Assembly: GCA_001643675.2 (NCBI GenBank)
Contig: LSRY02000055.1
Coordinates: 434,001-498,000, forward strand
Length of the DNA: 64,000 nucleotides
Direction: 5' to 3'
Source: Monocercomonoides exilis PA203
Lineage: Eukaryota > Protista > Preaxostyla
Below, piece after piece: positions 1 to 14,000 of the stretch (the first letter of the stretch is position 1; every line of letters begins with the position of its first letter). The notes under the pieces were generated by a model that ran no database searches, was not told the DNA's origin, and saw nothing but the letters and a program-made list of their open reading frames with translations. A program made the translations under genes and the position numbers.

Positions 1-17
1 TCCAAGAAAGGAAGAGA

Positions 18-743
18 GTGCTACTCCTGGAGGATGTGCAAAAATGGATAGCACATGCAAAGGAAAGAAGGAGACAAAAAAAAAGAGATCTTGCAGCACT
101 CCTCGGGAGGTTGAATTTTGTGAGGTTACAACGCCCACAAGCGAGTTTGAAGATGATGCGAATGCAATATGCGCTGAGGCAGGCGATAGCCCGCGGAGGC
201 TGAAAGGGAACGGTAATAGCCAACCCAATGATTCTAGGAGAATTAACACATAGGAGAAAGACCCTGCAAGAAAACAGACCAAGGAGTCTGAAGAGAAGGA
301 ACAGGCCAGCAGTACTGACGACGGACGCTTCTGAGCTGGGATGGGGTGCAGCGTTAACAATACCGAAAGAGAACAGGGATGAGAAGATATATGTCCATGG
401 AAGTCGGACCCACCAGGAGAGTGCGTTAGCAATAAACGAGAAAAAGTCTAGAGCAGTGTTGAGGACACCAGAGAGAAAGGGAGCATGGCTGAAAGAACAG
501 GAGATAGATCATATCTGTCTGAGGACAGACAATATGTCCACGAGATGGACAATACAGAAGAAGAGGGGAGCGCCATCGCTCATACAAACACTGAGAGCAC
601 CGGAGAAGAAACTGAACAGCCTGGACATTACGATACAGACTGATCACCTCCCGGGAGAGCAGAACACGATAGCAGATGCACTCAGCAGGATGGCAAAAAA
701 GCCGGACTGTGAACTGAAGGGGGAGAAGGTCGCAGAGATGTAG
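18..743 (+). pseudogene. DIRS-type RT C-terminus / RNase H, frameshifted
   Basis: Motifs LAALLGRLNF, LTTDASELGWGA, INEK(E), RTDN and HLPGEQNTIADALSR (RNase HI of DIRS-type RT), spread over ORFs 18-203 and 228-743. Confidence 0.85.
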
Positions 744-1181
744 CAAATAGTCGAACCGAAAATACTAGATACAATCTTAGAACCGACTGTGCCAGTGCCC
801 TGTTGAAGTACTTGGAGACTATCCTCTTTGAGAAGGAAGAGAGAGAGAGAAATGCAAGGAAACGAGATAGTGCTAGTCCACCCGTTCCTGAGAAATATTG
901 AACGTGTGTTGAAAGAGAAGATGAAGGAAGCCCAGAGGGATCTGAGGACTCTTATTCTGCCAGCCTGGCGGGGGCAGACCTGGACCCCGCTACTGCAGCC
1001 TGGGCATTCGATAAAGACCCTGGGGACCTTTCAGGAGTGCATGATACCGGGAGCGAAGATGAGAAAGGAAGGAAGGAAATTACCCCCACAAGAAGTTAGA
1101 AGTATTAGACTGGAGACGAAAATATCCCAGGAAGGGACCTATTCCTCACATGAGGTGAATAAGTTGGAGCAAGGGACATAG
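744..1181 (+). pseudogene. Degenerate DIRS methyltransferase-like domain
   Basis: IVLVHPF and ILPAWRGQTW resemble the (N/H)PP and PxWxxQxW motifs found after RNase H in DIRS ORF2. In-frame stops lie upstream. Confidence 0.55.
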
Positions 1182-1271
1182 CTGCAACAATACTAAAAAA
1201 TCAAAAGGGCGAAAGAGATACCTGGAGAGCGCTGCAAAGATTCAAACAATTCCTAGATAGAGAGAGCATGG

Positions 1272-2081
1272 ATGTCATTGACCCCCCTCACAAACAAAGA
1301 TGCCAAATGGATTATAGCAGAGTTTATTGAAACTCTATCCAATACTAACCTCTCAAATGGAGTGATTCATCAGACAGTTCGGAAAGTACTGGAGTCCATC
1401 AACCTTTTTCGAGAAACCAAGATCGATCGAAAGGACATTGAAATATTCCTAAAGACCTATGTGGGGGATAAACCGAGAAGGGGCAAACGATACAAATCAA
1501 TGTGGGACTTTGCAATCATTACGAAATGGGCTGAAATCACCTTCGACACAAAAGATAAACTGACACTCCAGAGGAGAGCGCTTATCCTCACTATGATCTT
1601 TGGAGCTTTAAGGCCAGCAGAGCTGGAGAGAATGAGGAGTGAGACAACGATATTCAAAGATAACTCTATCCAGACACAAGAACGAACCAAGACGTCGGGA
1701 GGTGAGATTGTCAAAGTTATAATACGGAAACACCCCAACCCACGTATCGATGCAGTAGAGGCGCTCCAACGTTGGATGGACTATGTGAAGACGACCTTTA
1801 AGTGCGAAAATGTGTGGTTCGACACAGAAGGGAGTAGACCCGCTAACCTACAGAAGATCAAAGAAGAACTAAGAGCTATTTTGAGAGAGAACGAAATTCC
1901 CGAAACTTTCACCGCGTACTCTATAAGACTCGCAGTGATTACACACTCAGCAAGACAAGAAGGAGCGGACTGGAAGGCGATCAATGCGTATGCGAGATGG
2001 GCGCCGGGTTCGAGAGTGGCCCAGGAATATTATACCGTGTTACCGGTCCAAGACACAAATTGGATCCTGGAGACAATCTGA
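1272..2081 (+). CDS. Tyrosine recombinase of the DIRS-like element, probably disrupted at both ends
   Basis: GALRPAEL (catalytic R), RTKT (K), YSIR (HxxR-like), ARW and EYY (catalytic Y). A Lys/Arg-rich frame continues past the TGA at 2079-2081. Confidence 0.85.
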   Translation: MSLTPLTNKDAKWIIAEFIETLSNTNLSNGVIHQTVRKVLESINLFRETKIDRKDIEIFLKTYVGDKPRRGKRYKSMWDFAIITKWAEITFDTKDKLTLQRRALILTMIFGALRPAELERMRSETTIFKDNSIQTQERTKTSGGEIVKVIIRKHPNPRIDAVEALQRWMDYVKTTFKCENVWFDTEGSRPANLQKIKEELRAILRENEIPETFTAYSIRLAVITHSARQEGADWKAINAYARWAPGSRVAQEYYTVLPVQDTNWILETI

Positions 2082-2631
2082 GGATCAGTACTCCAGAGGG
2101 GAGAAGATTATAAGACAGATAAGAGCGGAGACACGAAGGAAGGGACACGGGAGATAGCAGATGCAGATACGAAAGATCGCACAGAGGAATTACCCAAAGC
2201 GGGATCTGAGATAGGGAAGAAGCTTACGAGAAAGCGATCTAGAGGCAGAAAGAAATTTCCGAGTGGAGAAGAAAACAGAGGAGAAACGGCGAAGTCACGA
2301 AACTCAGCATCCCGACAACCGAGTCGCCGGAAGACATCCTCCATAATTCCCAACAGCATCTGTGAGCTAACGTGAGAGAAGGATCCAACTCCGCTGAAGA
2401 AGAGGGGAAAAGATCGGAAGAGGTGAAGAGGAAGAAGTATTGGACAGATAGGAAATGACACTGAAGAGGCAAGGGCCAAATCCATGTAGCCTCAAAGATA
2501 TCCCAAGAGGGAGCGGGCATAGACCAGGATGTCCGTACCACTACACACACGCTCTCAACTTATCCGCCGCACTGGAGCGTGCTAGGAAAGGGGTTTTAGA
2601 TCATGCATACGAAGAGAAAAGGGATTTCGAG

Positions 2632-3384
2632 ACTCATTATCGAGGAGCAAACCTGCTCCTTTCGTTTGTAGATTCGCTCCATTGCGAATTGATAAAAACG
2701 CAGTGAGACAGGTTTGCTCCGAGATAATAGGTATGCGGATGGAGAGACGATATGCGGAGTGGTGCGAGGGTGAGCCAGAAGTGTGTTGGGAGATGACTAG
2801 AAAAAAAAGCGAGATATAGAAAGAGAGAGAGAAAGAATAAACGCCCGATGTGATTAGTGAACGTCTAGGATCTGGAAATATTCAAATCGTTTGAACAAAC
2901 AGTGTAAATCAAGAGCTTTTTCTTCAACACGATAGCGATTGTTTTTAACACAGAAGAGTCAGAGCAATCCATGCAGTTGGCGATGATCGAGGTTGCTCTG
3001 CTGATGCAACAGAGAAATGGGAGGCAGAGTCCTGCTTAGACAGTTTTCTTTTCCACGCCTCGCGAAAGCGAGAGTAGTTTTTCTTTCTGCTCCAAGATTA
3101 TTCGCCTCACCGGACCCCTGCACGGCCTGCAGGTGAGGGCTCCGAGGGGCAATGTCCCCTGCCCCCTGGTCTTCGAGACCGTGACAAAAGGCGAAATCGG
3201 TGGTGAAGAGAAGCGGACAATTCAAGGAACGCTTATTTTTGTTTAAATGTTTTTGTCAATATTTTCATCTCGTTCTTTTTTCCACGTCATTTGGGATAGG
3301 GCGAAGATCTCACTTGAACAGCACATAAATCGTGATCAATACTCATTATTGAGGAGCAAACCTGTCTTACTGCGTTCTTTCAAT
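2632..3384. repeat. Terminal repeat / internal complementary region of the DIRS-like element
   Basis: ACTCATTAT(C/T)GAGGAGCAAACCTG occurs at 2632 and 3341 in direct orientation. 2697-2720 AACGCAGTGAGACAGGTTTGCTCC is the reverse complement of 3353-3376 (23/24). Confidence 0.8.
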
Positions 3385-4007
3385 AATTATTATTTATTAT
3401 TTTCATTATTTTTTAATTATCAAAATTTCACTTCACTTGCCTTTGAGCAGAACATTCGTTTGCCTGAATTGTGAAGGTATTCTTTCTTTTCAGTTGGGAA
3501 AACAAACGGAAGAGCTCTTTTAAACAAACTCAAGATTATAAAACCTCAAGGAAAGGCATCGGCGGAAAAGCACTTGCGATGCTTTCTCTTTCTCTTGACC
3601 AGCAAGCCTCGCAAAATGAAGTGAATATATATATATAAAAAATGAAAATAGAAAATGAATCACTCAAAAAAAAAAAATACAAAAATAAAAAAAAAAAAAA
3701 AACAAAAAAATGAGGAAAAACACATGAGATCAATGAAATTATAAATCGCGATTTCAAATTGGATAATATTCTCAATTTTCAAAAATTGTTTTGATGGAAA
3801 GAGTGAAGTGAATTATGACAAGAAAAAAAAGAAACAGAAAATGAAATTGAAATTGAAAAAAAAAGAAAAAGGAAAAAAATAAAAATTATAAAAAAATTAT
3901 ATAAACAAATATATACAGTCCATATTGGATTTTATCACGTCAGTTTTTGCACAACTTTTTGTGATTATATCCGATTGTGATAATATACGATGCTGCTAAA
4001 TACAGAA

Positions 4008-4038
<31 letters not shown>

Positions 4039-5041
4039 TTTTGAGTCGATTTTTTCATTTTTGAAAATTCTACATCAAAACGCATTTTTCAATAGAAAAA
4101 TCAATTTTTGGATTTTATTATGTTATTTAGACTTATTTTAACATAATTTTGAATAATCAATAAATTGAAAATTTTGATCAAAAAATCGATTTTTCATTGA
4201 AAAAAACACACTAAATATTAAAAAATGTGATTATAAATAATTAGCTCTGTGATTTCTTGTGATAGAAAATGAATGAATAACAGGCACAAAATGTTCGTGC
4301 ATAGATAAATGTGACAGTAAATCTTGTGATTATATTCGAAGAAAATTTATCTAATTTTGACTTATTCCTTTTGAAAATCGAAAAAATATAAATGTATGAC
4401 TTGGAAAAGTTTTGTTGTATGGTTTCTGAAAGGTCAATTTTTTATTTGTTTCGAAAAATTATTTTCTTATATTGCTTTATTCGGAAGCTTGTATTCAATG
4501 AAGCTAATTTTAAATCAATTAATATATTATTGAAAGGTTGCATGCTTAATATTCTTGAAAATTAATTCTTCAAAAGAAAGATTTGAATTTTTTAAATTTT
4601 ATTTTTTGATCAATGTTTTGCTGTGTTTTTAAGACTTTTTGATACCGAGTATTTTTCTTGCTAATATTGTTTTTGAACTTTTTTTTTCATTGACGATTAT
4701 TTAAAAACTATTCAGACTTTTTATTTTCACTAGTATTATGAGTCACATTATTTAAGAATGGGATTTTTTTATGTTTTTCGAAATTTGGACTTTGCTTGAA
4801 AGTTTCTCAATTTCGATTAATAATTTTTCTTTATCGTTTGAAACTTATTTAACATTGAACAATAATTTTTAACTTTGGTTGAAAGATATTAAACTTTGAG
4901 TAATTTTTGGTGTATTTTTAGTGTTCGAAATGAAAATATAGCTGCTTATTTTTGAAATCATGTTTATTTAATAATAAATGTTCGGTGCAATATTTTCAAT
5001 TGTATATTAACAAATGAACAGTGAAAAATTAAAAAAAAATT

Positions 5042-5545
5042 GGGTGATTATTTTTGAAATCATATTATCTCAATCAAACAATTTCGTTTTTAAGAATTCG
5101 TTTAAAACATCAACAAAAAACACAAAAAAACATGAATAAGCTAATTCAAAATATCTTCTTTTTCATTGCAGTGAAAATATTTGTTTTTGAAACAGTTGTG
5201 ATGTTTAGCATTAACAAAAGATTTTGTATTCAAATGCTAGAATTGATCTTTGAAAAAATTACACACGAAAAAAGTTAAGTTTCAAAAAAGATCACCTATA
5301 TGTCGAAATTTTTTTGAAAAGTTCCTTTTGTTTAATTTTCAAATAAAATTATAATTTCATATTTCGATCAATTTTCTGTTCCCACTCACCAAATTTCGCT
5401 GCCATGAAAATAAAATCTTCACAATGTGAAATTTCACAAACTGGTAAAAGTTGGTGAGTGGGAACAGAAATTTGATTTAAATATTTTATTTTCAATTTGC
5501 ATGAAAATTGAACAAAAGGAACTTTTCAAAAAAATTGAGACACAT
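5042..5545. repeat. AT-rich fold-back (inverted repeat) element, MITE-like
   Basis: Arms at ~5299-5392 (..TTTTGAAAAGTTCCTTTTG..TTTCTGTTCCCACTCACCAA) and ~5450-5545 (TTGGTGAGTGGGAACAGAAA..CAAAAGGAACTTTTCAAAA). A second pair is GGGTGATTATTTTTGAAA (5042) and TTTCAAAAAAGATCACC (~5280). Confidence 0.7.
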
Positions 5546-5629
5546 CATTATTCTCACTCTCTCATCTTCTATATTGATTAATCTTCTTTTCGACTTTCTG
5601 ATTCTTTCTCTTCTTTTGTTTTCCGTCCT

Positions 5630-6480
5630 TCAGACATGCCTGCTGGTTTTTCCAAAACACCGATGAATATGCTGAATGCAACTCTCGTCGTTGCAGCTGC
5701 AGCTGATGGCTACTCCATTAAAAGCGTCGTTCTGTGGCCTTGTTGGAAACTGCCAGATGAACTGCGCCTTGTTCTGAGTTCGTAGTTGGATGTTCTGGAA
5801 GAAAATGAAGGCTGTGTGACTGAAGAACTGTTCCTCAAATACGCTGAAGAAGTATTGCTTCCAGGGATCACACAAAGAAGAGAAACTTTGAAGAAGAGTG
5901 ATGAACGTTGCCTTCTCCTTCTTGATTCACATTCATCGAGAGCGCAGCCAGACTTATGGAAGAAGTTTGCCGATTCTTCAATGGATGTCTTCACCTTCGT
6001 ACCCCACACCACTCACATCGCACAGCCGTTGGATCGTGGCGTATTTGCTGTTTTAAAAAAAACAATAAATGCCAATTACGAAGCACCTTCTTCTTCAATT
6101 ATTTTGTGACGAGAAGCACTGGCTGATGATCTTCCACAAGCTTTACAAACTTCTTTGTTGTATTCAATAATAAAATCATCATTTGCGAAGAGTGGAGAGC
6201 TGTCTCATCAGTGGCACGAAGTGTTAGCCAAGCTTCCAAAAGAACCTTCCGTCACTCTGAAGAAAAGAACAAAAAAGGTTTGATAATTTTGGGAAATAAA
6301 TTGCCGATGAAGAATTTTTAATTGAATGGAAAAAAGAAAAAGATGAAAAGAAAAATTCAAAAAATTAAGAAAAAGATAATAAAGAATTTGATAAGACTAT
6401 GTTTGAAGATGAAAAATCGAAAAAAAGAAAATTCAACCCATTGATAATTTGAAATGATAATTTTTCTGAAGACGAAAAAA
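5630..6480 (+). pseudogene. pogo/Tigger-type DDE_1 transposase fragment
   Basis: ORF 5786-6109 contains LLLLDSHSSR and PHTTHIAQPLDRGVFAVLK. Stops and frameshifts occur on both sides. Confidence 0.85.
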
Positions 6481-6959
6481 AGAAAGAAATACTCGAAAAA
6501 TTGTGAAACATGAGCTTGATAATTATATTTATTATTAATATTTTTTAAAAAACGAAATCAATACACAATACACAAAAATAAATTTATTTATTTTTTGTTC
6601 GTGTCTTAAAAAAAAATTCAGGTTTATAAATCCCCCCAATGGAATTCTTCGAGCAATCAAAAACATATGATTGATTTATAAATGTTAAAAGAGAATTCAT
6701 ATATGAGTTTGTCAAATCAGTTCATTTTTCAATCGAAAGAAAACGAAGGATTGTTGTTTTTCTATTATAAATTACAAAATAAACATGTGTCAATAATATT
6801 TTTTTTAAAACAAAAATGCATAAAAGAAAAATTAAAGAAATGAACTGAACAGTTTCATAAATTAAAATTTTAACAATTGAAAAAGATCTAATTTCAAAAA
6901 CATGCATTTTCAAAGTATTTTTTCATTCCTCAATTAAGATCTTGATCCTTCTTATTTTA

Positions 6960-8220
6960 TCATCTCATCCCTGACTTTCGCTGAATCAATTCACCTTAAC
7001 CACATCTTCCTCCTCTTCTACAACCACATCCACCAACTCCAATAAAATCCTTTCTTTCTCCCTTCACTAATCTCTCTCCGTCCACTCATCTATTTTCCTT
7101 TACACATACAACCCCATCGATGGTGCCATCCTCCCTTCCATCAACAACTCATCCACTTCTCTCTCTGCATTCAACACCTCTTTCCTTCACCAAACACTAT
7201 CTTCTCCAAATGTCCCAATTGAATATGTTGGAACTGAATCTCAAAGAGCGAAACTTGGAAGACTGGATTCTTTTGATCTAAACAGTCATCGCTTTGAGTG
7301 GTGCGAATGGAATGATTCAAATAGTGGAGCTGTCCATGGAGGTGCACTATATGTTGTTTGCACAAATGCAAATCTTGCAATCACATCTTGTTCGTTTTTC
7401 AATTGTTCAAATACAAATCATAGTGGAGCGTTATACTGTAATCGTTCGTTGAAGTTGAACATCTTAAAATCAAATTTCACAAACTGTTCTTCATTTCACG
7501 GAGGAGCAATTTGTGTAGATGAACAACAATTATCTTCCGTTAATTCATTTTCTGATAACAGAGTTGAAGGTTGAAAAAAAACCAGTATTTATGGAACTGG
7601 TTGGTATTTCTGGATCTATTACATGACCTCAGCCTGTCAATTCCTGTTCACCAAATGCAAGTGCATTTCAAACTCAGGTGGAGATTCTGCTGGTTCTCTA
7701 ACATTTAATTGGCCTCCTCAAATAAAACCAAGTCAGTTTTCAATCAATGAGTGCCAATTTGTAAATAATGAATTGACAAGTTCATCTACACGCGGCGGAG
7801 CTGCCATCTATTTGGATGCAACCTTCAATTGGATGAATGAAATTAGATTCATCACATTCTGCTTCTTCGATGGAAATACAGCAGAAAATGGAAGAGGAAA
7901 CGATGTGTTCTTCAATGGCAGCAGCATCACCCAATCCCCATTTAATCAGTGTGGGTCAACAACAGAATCAAAAAGAGTATGGAATAATGGAACTGCTGAT
8001 AATGACGTGTACAATGGCTGGCTCCCCCTCATCGCCCAGAACAAAATCGTTGACAGAAATGGAACAGATGGTGATGTCTGCGGCGTAACACAACTCAGTC
8101 CATGCAAAATAATAGAATTTGCTCTTTTATGAATGACAGATACTCACGATGCGTTCCTCAATCTCTATAACTTTCAACTTTTTTCTCACATCAATAATTA
8201 CCTTTTCACATCCAACACAA
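6960..8220 (+). pseudogene. N-terminal fragment of a Cys-rich beta-helix (Pmp-like) surface protein
   Basis: GGAL/GGAI and FxxN motifs and DVCGVTQLSPC, with several stops. It is a close paralogue of 62388-63260 (shared CFFDGNTA.NGRGNDVFF and YNGWLPLIAQNKIV). Confidence 0.75.
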
Positions 8221-8508
8221 AAATCTCACACGTTGTTTCTACTGTTTCAAATTTTTCATTTTTCAATGCAATTGAAGAGCTTTTTTTTGAGTTCAGAGTG
8301 AAGGACAAGAAAACAACTGAAAATATTACAAAAAGCCAACGTACACAGTGTCGGTCATTAATAGAAAAATTTTTTCACTTCGGTGTTGATATTATTTTAT
8401 ATTAGACATATATTCCCACTTTATTATATTTTTTAATATAATCAGAATATAAGCAAACCCTGAAAATTTAGATGCTTTCATTTGAATACGAAGCCTATCT
8501 TTATTGGG

Positions 8509-8665
<157 letters not shown>

Positions 8666-9174
8666 TGGAGGGGTTCATTATTTCCATTGAAGAAAATAAA
8701 AAAACATGTGGGTTACAAGGTGTGTAAAACCATTCAAATTCGTAGTAAACGTAAATTAAAATTCAATTTCAATGAAAATCGAAAATAAAAATAAATAAAT
8801 TAATAAATTGGACTTAAGATCATAACCATAATAAAAACATGAAAATTGCTGTGGAACAAAACGGAATAGCAGGTTAGCGGAAATTGCGTGCTGAGATGGA
8901 ATTTTTCGATTTCAGAAGGATTGACAATCGGCTGAAACGGATGGCGCGCTTTGTGGTTGATGGAGTTGTCAGGATTACAGACGCCATAAACTCCATGGAA
9001 TTCTCACGCAAAAGGATCAAAAACGCTGTTCGGGCACTGAGAAGCAAAAGGCTGGTTTCAAAAGGAGGAAGTCCACAATTTGTTATAGGAGGCAAAGAAC
9101 AAATTGTGCTGGATGAAATTATCATTGAATCAAGATCTGGAAGCTGTTTGCATAAACGGAAAGTTCGCGAACTG

Positions 9175-9218
9175 GTTTGTTGTTGTTAAATAATTAATAA
9201 TTCTAATAAATATATTAG
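9175..9218 (+). other. 44-nt GT-AG intron in the pogo-like transposase (also at 43542-43585)
   Basis: GTTTGT..TATTAG, AT-rich. Removing it joins KVREL to MENVIND in frame. Confidence 0.7.
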
Positions 9219-11058
9219 ATGGAAAATGTAATTAATGATACAGACGACGAAGAAACCTTATTCATAAACGTTTCAATGGGAACCGCATACCAATTTGTGA
9301 AGCTCCATCCCAAGATGAAGAGAAGTTCTCCGAAATATGTAGATGTTAATCGCCTTGCGGTGTCATGCCATATTGAAAATCAACACTTGTATTCAGCTGG
9401 ACAGTAAACATGAAAAAAATGGATAATAAAAAGAACAAATATTCAATATGGATGATTCATTAATGAGAGTTCCAGCCACTTCAAAACTGAGCGTGGTTCA
9501 TCCAAAAAATGCTAAACCAGGATTTCACAAAGAACCACCGAAAATGGCGAATTCTACACTGGTTGCTGCTGTGGTTGATGGTTGATTTGCTCTTCCTTCT
9601 GTGATTCTATGGTCTTGAAAGAGCTTTCATGATGAAATGAAGTAGCTCCTATCACAGACTCTGGATATATGTCCGAACGGAAGTGGTTGGATGGGCTGCA
9701 ACCTATTTCAAAAAGGATACACTTTCAACACTTCTTCCAAAAATCATCGCCTTCAGAAAGCGCATGTCACTTGAGTATTCTTGATGCCTGCTTCTCATCG
9801 ACTCACACATTTCTTGAGCAGATCCGACAATCTGGAGAGAATTTCAAAAAGAAAGTATCTATGTTGTCACCTTCATTCCTCACGGCACACATATCTCTAA
9901 GCCGTTTGACAGAGGAGTTTTCGCTGTTCTCAAAACAGAGCTGCAAACAAAATAAGAACCTCCATCTTCGTCGACATCTTCACAAAAAAAACAACATTTG
10001 TGGATGTTCTCCCTCAAGCAATTCATACAGCCCTCTCACCTGCTGTCATTAAAAAAGCCTTCGCAACGAGTGGAGTTCTTCATAACGAATCTGGACCGAT
10101 TCTCATGAAGCTTCTAGAAACATCAGAATATCAACCTTCATCACATTCAAATAGATTCGACTTCTATGGAAAGTTAATGACTGATGAGAAGCTTCTGAAT
10201 GATTGGAGTGAACATTTGGGAATTAAAAAAGAAGAAAAAGTTGAAAAAGAAGAAAAAGTTGATGATGAAAAGAATTCAATGGAAGAAATGAAAAATGTAT
10301 GGCAAAAAGAAGATAATGAGTTAGAGTTATTTGTTGAAATGAAAAAAAAAAAAAGAAAATAAGAAGTGAAAGAAGATGATTATGAAAATGAAAAGAAGGA
10401 AATCAATGAAAGTTAAAGAAAAAATGAATAAAGAAAAGATATACGCAAATTTGATTCGTCATTTGTGTTTTTTTAATTTTTATTAATTTTTTTTTTATTT
10501 TTTAATGACAAAAAAAAAGGTACCAATTAAAAAAAAAGGTTCCTGATAAATTTCTAACTTTATCTGTATTATTATAAACATTTGTTAAAAAATACATTCC
10601 TTTTTTTTTCTGAATAGATATTCTATATTTGTTAATTTCTTTTTCGATGTTGAATAATTTTTGGTGTGCTGTGATTAACAAGAATAGTGTTATCTTTCAT
10701 TGAATAATTAATATTTAAATTGAACTTCTTTTTTTTCGATATTTCGTATGTATATCCTTTTTTGTATTTCTTTTGAAAAAAAAAGAATGCACAATTACAA
10801 GTTTCTCTGTTATTTGAAACAACCTTTTATTATGGAAAAATGTCTTATATTTGTAGTTTATTTCGATATCTTCATCAAGATTCTTTCTTTTTTCTCTTTC
10901 ACTTTCAAAAGGAATGAATTTTATTTTTCTTTTATATTAACTCAACAATATTCTGCTCTGACTTAAGTTTACCATTTTCTTTTACAAAGGATTTCTTTTT
11001 TTTTTACGATACAAACGAAAATATAACTTTTTCATTATTTTGTTCCAATTTAATATAA

Positions 11059-14000
11059 TTATAAGTTGTCACTCAAACCCACAATCAACATCTCATGAGA
11101 TGAAGAGCAGGCAATTGCATCCAGCAGATTCGACATCGATGAGGTGGTTGGACACAGATCCTCCCCTCGAACAAATGTTGAATCTGAATCAGTTGTTGAA
11201 GTTGATGAAATGGATGGTGATGGTGTTCTTTTCCTTATCTCTTCCTCATCCACCTTTTCCAATGCCCATTCAGGGATCTTGTCTGAATCTCTCCCCAAAA
11301 TATACTCAGTGGATCCACTCTCAGATAATAAATGCTCTGATGACTCCGAGTGTCCCAAGCTTTTCTCATAAACTCTCTTTTTTATTCTTTCCTCATTCTT
11401 CTTCTCTGCCTCCCTCTTAGCTCTTCTCCACTGCTCCTCAGGCGACATCTCCATCGTCACCATCTCAAACGCCTTCGGATCCTTCCTCACTGTGTCTTCC
11501 ACAATCTCTTCCAATTCTTCTGTCCTTCTCTTTTGTTTTTTCCATCGAACAATGAATATTATTGATACAATCAGAACAATCAAAAACAAAACTGCAAATA
11601 TAACAACAATCAACAACCAATACGATTTTCTTTCTTTTCCTTCCTCGGAAATCCTTTCATCACCATATGTTTTCGGCTCACTTCTGTTCTTCAGAGCAAA
11701 CGAATCAGTTGCAGACAACCGCTTTCCAAACAGAATCATCACTGATACCTCTGTTTCATCTGTAATCGTTGAAATATTTTCTGATGGAATTCTTCCAATC
11801 ACCTCGGTTTCTGAAACAAAACTGTCTTCCTCAAAAGGATATGTCTCAACCAACTCCACATCACCTGTTATGAATATCAATCTGAATGACAAATCACATG
11901 GCACAAAAAGAGATCCTTTGAATTTGATAAAAATGTTGCTGCCATTTTCATTCACTGAAACATCTTCCAGTATTGGGATGAAGAAAGGCGATGACCTTTC
12001 TGCAGCTATCCCTCCGAGTGTGCATCCATCATTCAAAATCCAAAGAGAAGAATTATCTTTCAATCCGTCTCCTCCCTTCAAGCTCGAAATGTTCAGTGAA
12101 GCAGAATCTGAACAAATGATGTTCCGACGAAAAGAAGGGTATTTTTCAATGATAGGATTGCTGTTTGCCAGCATTCCCATCTCAATTGAAGCTTTTCCTC
12201 CTTTGACTGATATTCCTCCTTTCGATGAATATTGAATCATAATCTCTTTTGAGTGAAGATTGGAGTTTTCTACGTGGACCAGCGACCCATTCCATTGACA
12301 GATATCTTCAAAAGTGTTTATTCTTTCGTCTTCGCTTTCTTTCATAAGCACTCCTTCAATCTCACACATGTGCATCGAAACATCCTTCATATCATACGCC
12401 TCAACAACACTTCCTTTGTCGGACAGAGAATGGCAATCTGAGCAAGAGCAATTGAAAAGATTTATTTTAACAGATGATGAAGATGCAGTGAGAACAGAAG
12501 CTCCTTCTGAATTCCTCGAACTGTTGTTGAATGAGGAGATTCCAATAGAAACTGTTCCTGATGACAAATCGTTTATCGCAATGATGCAACCTTCAGATAA
12601 TTTCACTCCATCTGCAGATACTCCATTCAGCACAACACTTCCACATTGTCCAATCTCAAATACATTTGCTGTTGATTCAATTTGTTCCAGTTTCACATTT
12701 GTAATTGATGCCTCATATCCATTTAACAGAAATGAAGGCTTATTGAATGAAAGCATTGTTATCGAACAGTCATCAGCATGAAGAATTCCATTTTCGATGC
12801 TCAGCAATATTGAGTTGAGAATAACAGCTTCAATGTTTTCTGATTCTCCAACCGAAGAGAAATCAACAAATGAAAGAGAAAGATGTCCATTTGCTTCGTG
12901 AATGATAGAATTGCCTGAATATGAAAATGACTGACCAAAATTGAATTTCAATCTCTCAATCCGAACTTTCTCTGAAAATGTTATAAGATTTTCTTCATCG
13001 CCAACAATTGTTGAGTTCATATGCACCAAAGCAGTTGAAGGAGATTGAAGCGAGCGGATGATCACATCACGAGCATCACACTTCCCAACAATTTCTGTTT
13101 CCTCTGTTATCAACAGCTGTGAGTACAGAGATGGAATGATGTGTTGCACTCCAAAGCTCAATGAGTGGCATGGCGTGTCCAATTCTCCACATTGCTTGCT
13201 ATCCGTTGCGTTTTCATCAGAAGAAGAAATAAATATCGTCTCACTCTGGTATTTCATCACACTCAGAAGAAGATCTTCTTCTCCTTCAAACGAATCTGTT
13301 GTGCAGCCCCATATTGCAAGATCCTTCACAAACGGAACTCTGAAATCCAAAAGGAATTGTTCATCAATAATTTGATTTTCAATTGAATGACATTTCACAT
13401 ACACATCTCTCCCTCTCAATGCAGAGTTGTCTCTGAATGTGATATTCGACAGAATAAAATTCAGTGGTTGCTCAGCCACCGAGGTGCATTCCAGAAACAG
13501 CCACCCTCCTCTTCCTATACTTGAACAGAAGCACTCTGAAATCGTGCAAAATGAGCAGTCAAAGCTTCCTACCTCATTTAAAACACAAAACATCCCTCCT
13601 CCCTTTCCACACTTCGTTACACCACATTTCTTCATCGTTGTGTTTCGAATCACCATTTTCAGAGGCTCATCATTCGCTTTAAATATGATGGGGATATTAT
13701 TTGTTGTGTTCTGGGCAACTTCTTCAAACAAGCTCCATACAATAACAAAATATTGTTCGGCTTCATTTTTTTCTCTTCTTGAACTCTTTGATATGCTCAA
13801 TCCGCTTGATCCATCAAGCTCAATATTCTTCATCGTCATGTTTTTCAAGTTCAATGTTGTTGTTGATAGAACAGAAATAACATCTTTTGAAAAGCTAAGT
13901 GATTGCATTGAAACAAATTCCAACACAACTGTGCCTTCACCTGCCTCGATCAACCCAAAGTTAATCATTTCTTCTTCTCTGCTTTCCTCATTTTTGCTGA

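Larger units (their letters stand above)
1..3384 (+). mobile_element. DIRS-like tyrosine-recombinase retrotransposon, degenerate; 5' part lies outside the window
   Basis: Domain order is RT end/RNase H, methyltransferase-like, tyrosine recombinase. It is followed by complementary repeats at 2632-2655, 2688-2734 and 3339-3384, with an abrupt switch to AT-rich DNA after 3384. Confidence 0.85.

Noticed and set aside
1272-2081. Phage integrase / prophage or bacterial contamination
   Set aside because: It is linked to DIRS-type RNase H and terminal repeats, and there are no phage genes.
3911-4340. TACAGT start and scattered TGTGAT motifs as a Tc1/mariner end
   Set aside because: No matching opposite end was found.
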